Source: Candidatus Latescibacterota bacterium
Lineage (GTDB): Bacteria; Latescibacterota; UBA2968; GCA-2709665
Assembly (NCBI GenBank): GCA_965248435.1
Contig: OZ252100.1
Location: 4,960,001 to 5,024,000 of the forward strand
Direction of reading: 5' to 3'
DNA: 64,000 bases
Both the position numbers and the translations under genes were made by a program. The notes under the pieces were generated by a model that worked only from the letters and a program-made list of their open reading frames with translations, did not search any database and had not been told where the DNA came from. Below, piece by piece: positions 61,294 through 64,000 of this stretch (position 1 is the stretch's first letter; every line of letters begins with the position of its first letter).

Positions 61294-61397
61294 AGCCGTG
61301 TGCGAGGGGGTTTAAAGTCCGCTACAATACGTGAGATGATCGTTTCTCGTAAAATACAGTTTTTCTTCGTTGCAGGACGCTATCGATATACAGTGAG

Positions 61398-61750
61398 GGG
61401 TGGGTTGTATCGCGAACTTCACAACAGCATGCCTCCGGCGTTCCGCCCGTCGGCTCGCTGTCTTCGATCACGAACTCGCCGTTGACCATCACGAAGTCGA
61501 TGCCGACGGGCCTCTGAACGTTGCTACCAGTACCAACTTTTCTTGTCTCGCCACAAGAAAAGTAGACAAAAGAAGGGCGCCGCTCAGTCGCCGCGGGGCT
61601 CGGGCCGCGGCACCTCACCCTCAGTGGCATAAACAGTCCACGGCAGGAAGGCCAAATCCTCACCAAGCGCTCGCGATCACTGAGGAACCAACCCGCTGGG
61701 AGGAGAAATGGTCTGGTTGCATCGGAGTCGCACACCGCGGCCCTGATGGG
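61398..61750 (+). repeat. Mosaic repeat cluster (deacylase-derived module, variant 1)
   Basis: Shared modules. Confidence 0.9.
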
Positions 61751-61900
61751 TTTGTGCAATTTTTTTAGCGAGCTTGACAGACAGTGGCAACTTGAAAATC
61801 GACCCTTCACATTTAGCACAGCTCAAAAGAACCGCTCAATTTGGGATCGAAAGATCAAGGGGAGCAGCTTGGCTTGAAGCGCAGCTCCCGGCAGAACGCT

Positions 61901-63841
61901 TCACCACGTATTTATTTCGTGCCCATTCCCCGGAAACCATATAAAATCCACGACGAATCCCAGCGCAACTGCCGCCAGATAGCCGATGATGATGCCGAGG
62001 AAGAGAGGCGCGGTTCGCCGGTAGCTTTCCAATCCACCGATTCTCAGGATCAGCACTTTGGTCAACCAGACGATGAAGATCGGTGAAATGCTGTTCCGCA
62101 GGACGGCCGACGCGGAAATCGTGAACCCGATCGGGGAGATCGGGAAGGTCGGAAACCAGGTCCGCAGGCCGAACAGTACAGCCACCAACGCTCCGCCGAT
62201 CCCCAGAAACGCGATCCGGTCCCAGCCGACCCCGAGATCGCCCTGCTGCATCCGACCCGCCGCGAACGTCCACATCCCGCCTCCCGGCGCCCCCCGCCGG
62301 TAGAACAGCGCGCTCCCGAAGTTGGAGCTGCCCACGCCGTGATACCCCTGATCGATCGTGAACCAGATGACCGTGGCGGCGCCGACGAACGCCCCGAGGA
62401 GGACGGCCGGCACCAGGCCGCGTCGAAACCGGACCGACATCGCGTCCGCGATGCGCGGGACGTGGGCGAGCATCGTCAGCCCGAAGGTCTTGGCGTCGCA
62501 GAAGAAGGTGTAGCTCAGGCCGCCGAGCACGACCGCGCTGGCGGGCGACATGCCGGTCATGCCGAACAGGTGCCACGTGAAGGCCTGCGCCGTGATCGGA
62601 CCCCGGAGGTAGACGAGTCCGGACTCGGCGATGATGCGCGCGAGGGCCAGGTAGAGGACGAAGGTGCTGAACCCGAACGCGATCAGCGGGCCCCACTCGA
62701 ACCCGGCGCGCCGGAGCCAGACCGCCATGAAGAGGAGGCTGGCGATCAGGAGCCGGGCCGCCCAGCCGTAGGACATCAGCTCCTGCGTGTCCCGTTCGGA
62801 TCGATCGGATCGACGCTGCGTCAGCGCCGATTTGAAGACCTGGAAAAGATGGTCCCGGGCGATCCAGAGGCCATACGCGACGAACACGATCATCCCGCCG
62901 AAGGACTGCCAGCCGATCGCGGGGTGGAAGGAGCACCAGGGGTCCGAGCTGCCCATGTCGAACCCGACCCGGTTGAAGATGCCGGCCTGGAGCATGGCCA
63001 GGATGTGGAACAGCCAGATACTCAACAGGACTTCGGACCGGGTGAAGTAGCCGAACCCGATCGTCATCGGGAGCAGTTTGAAGCGAAACGCGGGAAACCC
63101 ACGCGCGATCGGGATCGTGTGCCGGATCAACATCGGAATGAACGGCAGGGTCGGCACGAACCAGCCGCCGATGTTCCACGCGAGCGCGCTGAACACAGCC
63201 CAGAACCCGATCCGGAACAGCGGGTTCCGGACGAGGGTCTGAAGCGTCCCCGTCGAACCGGAGGCGCCCGTGAGCTCCAGGAGCACGGTGGCGATCGGGA
63301 AGGGGAGGCGTTCGTGCTCGGTCCACTGCCTGCGCAGGAGGATCGACAGGCAGAAGGAGGCGAGCAGGAGCGCGCCGAGAAACGTGCCCCACCAGAAGAG
63401 GGGGGTGAGCCACGGCCCCCAGGGGATCGGCTGGTCCAGCGGCAGGCCCTCGTAGAAGCCGACGGTCGCGGGCTTGTCGGTGACGATGGTCCAGTCCGCG
63501 ATGTGGGGCCGCATGAAATCGTTCCACTGGTTTTCCGAGTTGGCCCAGTAGGTGACCTGGGAGATGACGAGAAGGAGGTAGTCGGAGAGCCATTCGCCCT
63601 GCATCACGGCGGCGACCATGCCGACGCAGGCGATGACGAGGAGTTCGGAGGCGGAGAGGCCGCCGCCCCAGCGGTCGAGGAGGCGGTTGAACAGGAGGAG
63701 GATGAGGAAGGGGATGAGGAAGGCGGCGGAGAGGTGGGAGAAGGCGTACTGGGAGGAGCGCATTACGTTCGTGGAGTAGGCCGCGAAGAGGTTGACCAGT
63801 GCGGCCATGAATAGGGCGAGGAGAAGGGATCTGCGCGTCAT
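61901..63841 (-). CDS. DUF6785/DUF6784-family polytopic membrane protein
   Basis: RRQW..HERL.FP, RIIAESG, FPISPIG and PLFLG...G motifs; many TM helices; ATG at 63841. Confidence 0.75.
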   Translation of the reverse strand: MTRRSLLLALFMAALVNLFAAYSTNVMRSSQYAFSHLSAAFLIPFLILLLFNRLLDRWGGGLSASELLVIACVGMVAAVMQGEWLSDYLLLVISQVTYWANSENQWNDFMRPHIADWTIVTDKPATVGFYEGLPLDQPIPWGPWLTPLFWWGTFLGALLLASFCLSILLRRQWTEHERLPFPIATVLLELTGASGSTGTLQTLVRNPLFRIGFWAVFSALAWNIGGWFVPTLPFIPMLIRHTIPIARGFPAFRFKLLPMTIGFGYFTRSEVLLSIWLFHILAMLQAGIFNRVGFDMGSSDPWCSFHPAIGWQSFGGMIVFVAYGLWIARDHLFQVFKSALTQRRSDRSERDTQELMSYGWAARLLIASLLFMAVWLRRAGFEWGPLIAFGFSTFVLYLALARIIAESGLVYLRGPITAQAFTWHLFGMTGMSPASAVVLGGLSYTFFCDAKTFGLTMLAHVPRIADAMSVRFRRGLVPAVLLGAFVGAATVIWFTIDQGYHGVGSSNFGSALFYRRGAPGGGMWTFAAGRMQQGDLGVGWDRIAFLGIGGALVAVLFGLRTWFPTFPISPIGFTISASAVLRNSISPIFIVWLTKVLILRIGGLESYRRTAPLFLGIIIGYLAAVALGFVVDFIWFPGNGHEINTW

Positions 63842-63847
63842 GAGCGT

Positions 63848-64000
63848 GTCTCGTATCTCGTATTTCGTATCTCGTGGTGAATGACGACGCTCCTCAGAAT
63901 CCGCAAGCCACAATCCGAAATCCACAATTGTAGATAGCGTCTCGCTTCTCGAACTGCATGCCTCCGGCGGCCTACTTTTCTTGTCTCGCCACAAGAAAAG
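63848..64000 (+). repeat. TCTCGTA heptamers and the start of a core repeat element (cut by the window end)
   Basis: ATGCCTCCGGCGGCCTACTTTTCTTGTCTCGCCACAAGAAAAG at the window end. Confidence 0.85.

Noticed and set aside
1-64000. tRNA, rRNA or prophage genes
   Set aside because: No cloverleaf, rRNA-conserved or phage structural signatures recognised by eye

Overview
GC-rich bacterial chromosomal window. The gene content (DUF6785 membrane protein, NHL protein with a dockerin-like module, many Gfo/Idh/MocA, SDR and TIM-barrel enzymes) suggests a Latescibacterota/Poribacteria-like organism; this is inference only. Positions 1-43.7 kb and 59.5-64 kb hold metabolic and housekeeping genes (kbl, ggt, queF, garR, mqnD, mqnB, pta, a Re-citrate synthase-like enzyme, acpP, a D-aminoacylase) and one intact IS30. 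Most large intergenic gaps carry a mosaic of palindromic repeats. Its core is a ~270-300 bp element with nested, covarying stems and interchangeable internal modules, always on the + strand, joined through a recurrent GCCTCCGGCG junction; some copies carry a captured fragment of a D-aminoacylase gene. Positions ~44.1-59.4 kb are a repeat-free defence island with no integrase: a pentapeptide-repeat membrane protein, a short TIR plus caspase pair (type IV Thoeris-like), a NucS/DUF5655 nuclease, a truncated Gao restriction-like system (two DUF1156 methyltransferase copies plus a PLD-SNF2 helicase) and a frameshifted DUF262-HNH gene. Both island flanks carry displaced duplicates of neighbouring host gene ends that abut repeat modules, suggesting repeat-assisted, homology-anchored DNA acquisition. 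No tRNA, rRNA or CRISPR array was seen. All calls come from reading the sequence by eye; no searches were run.
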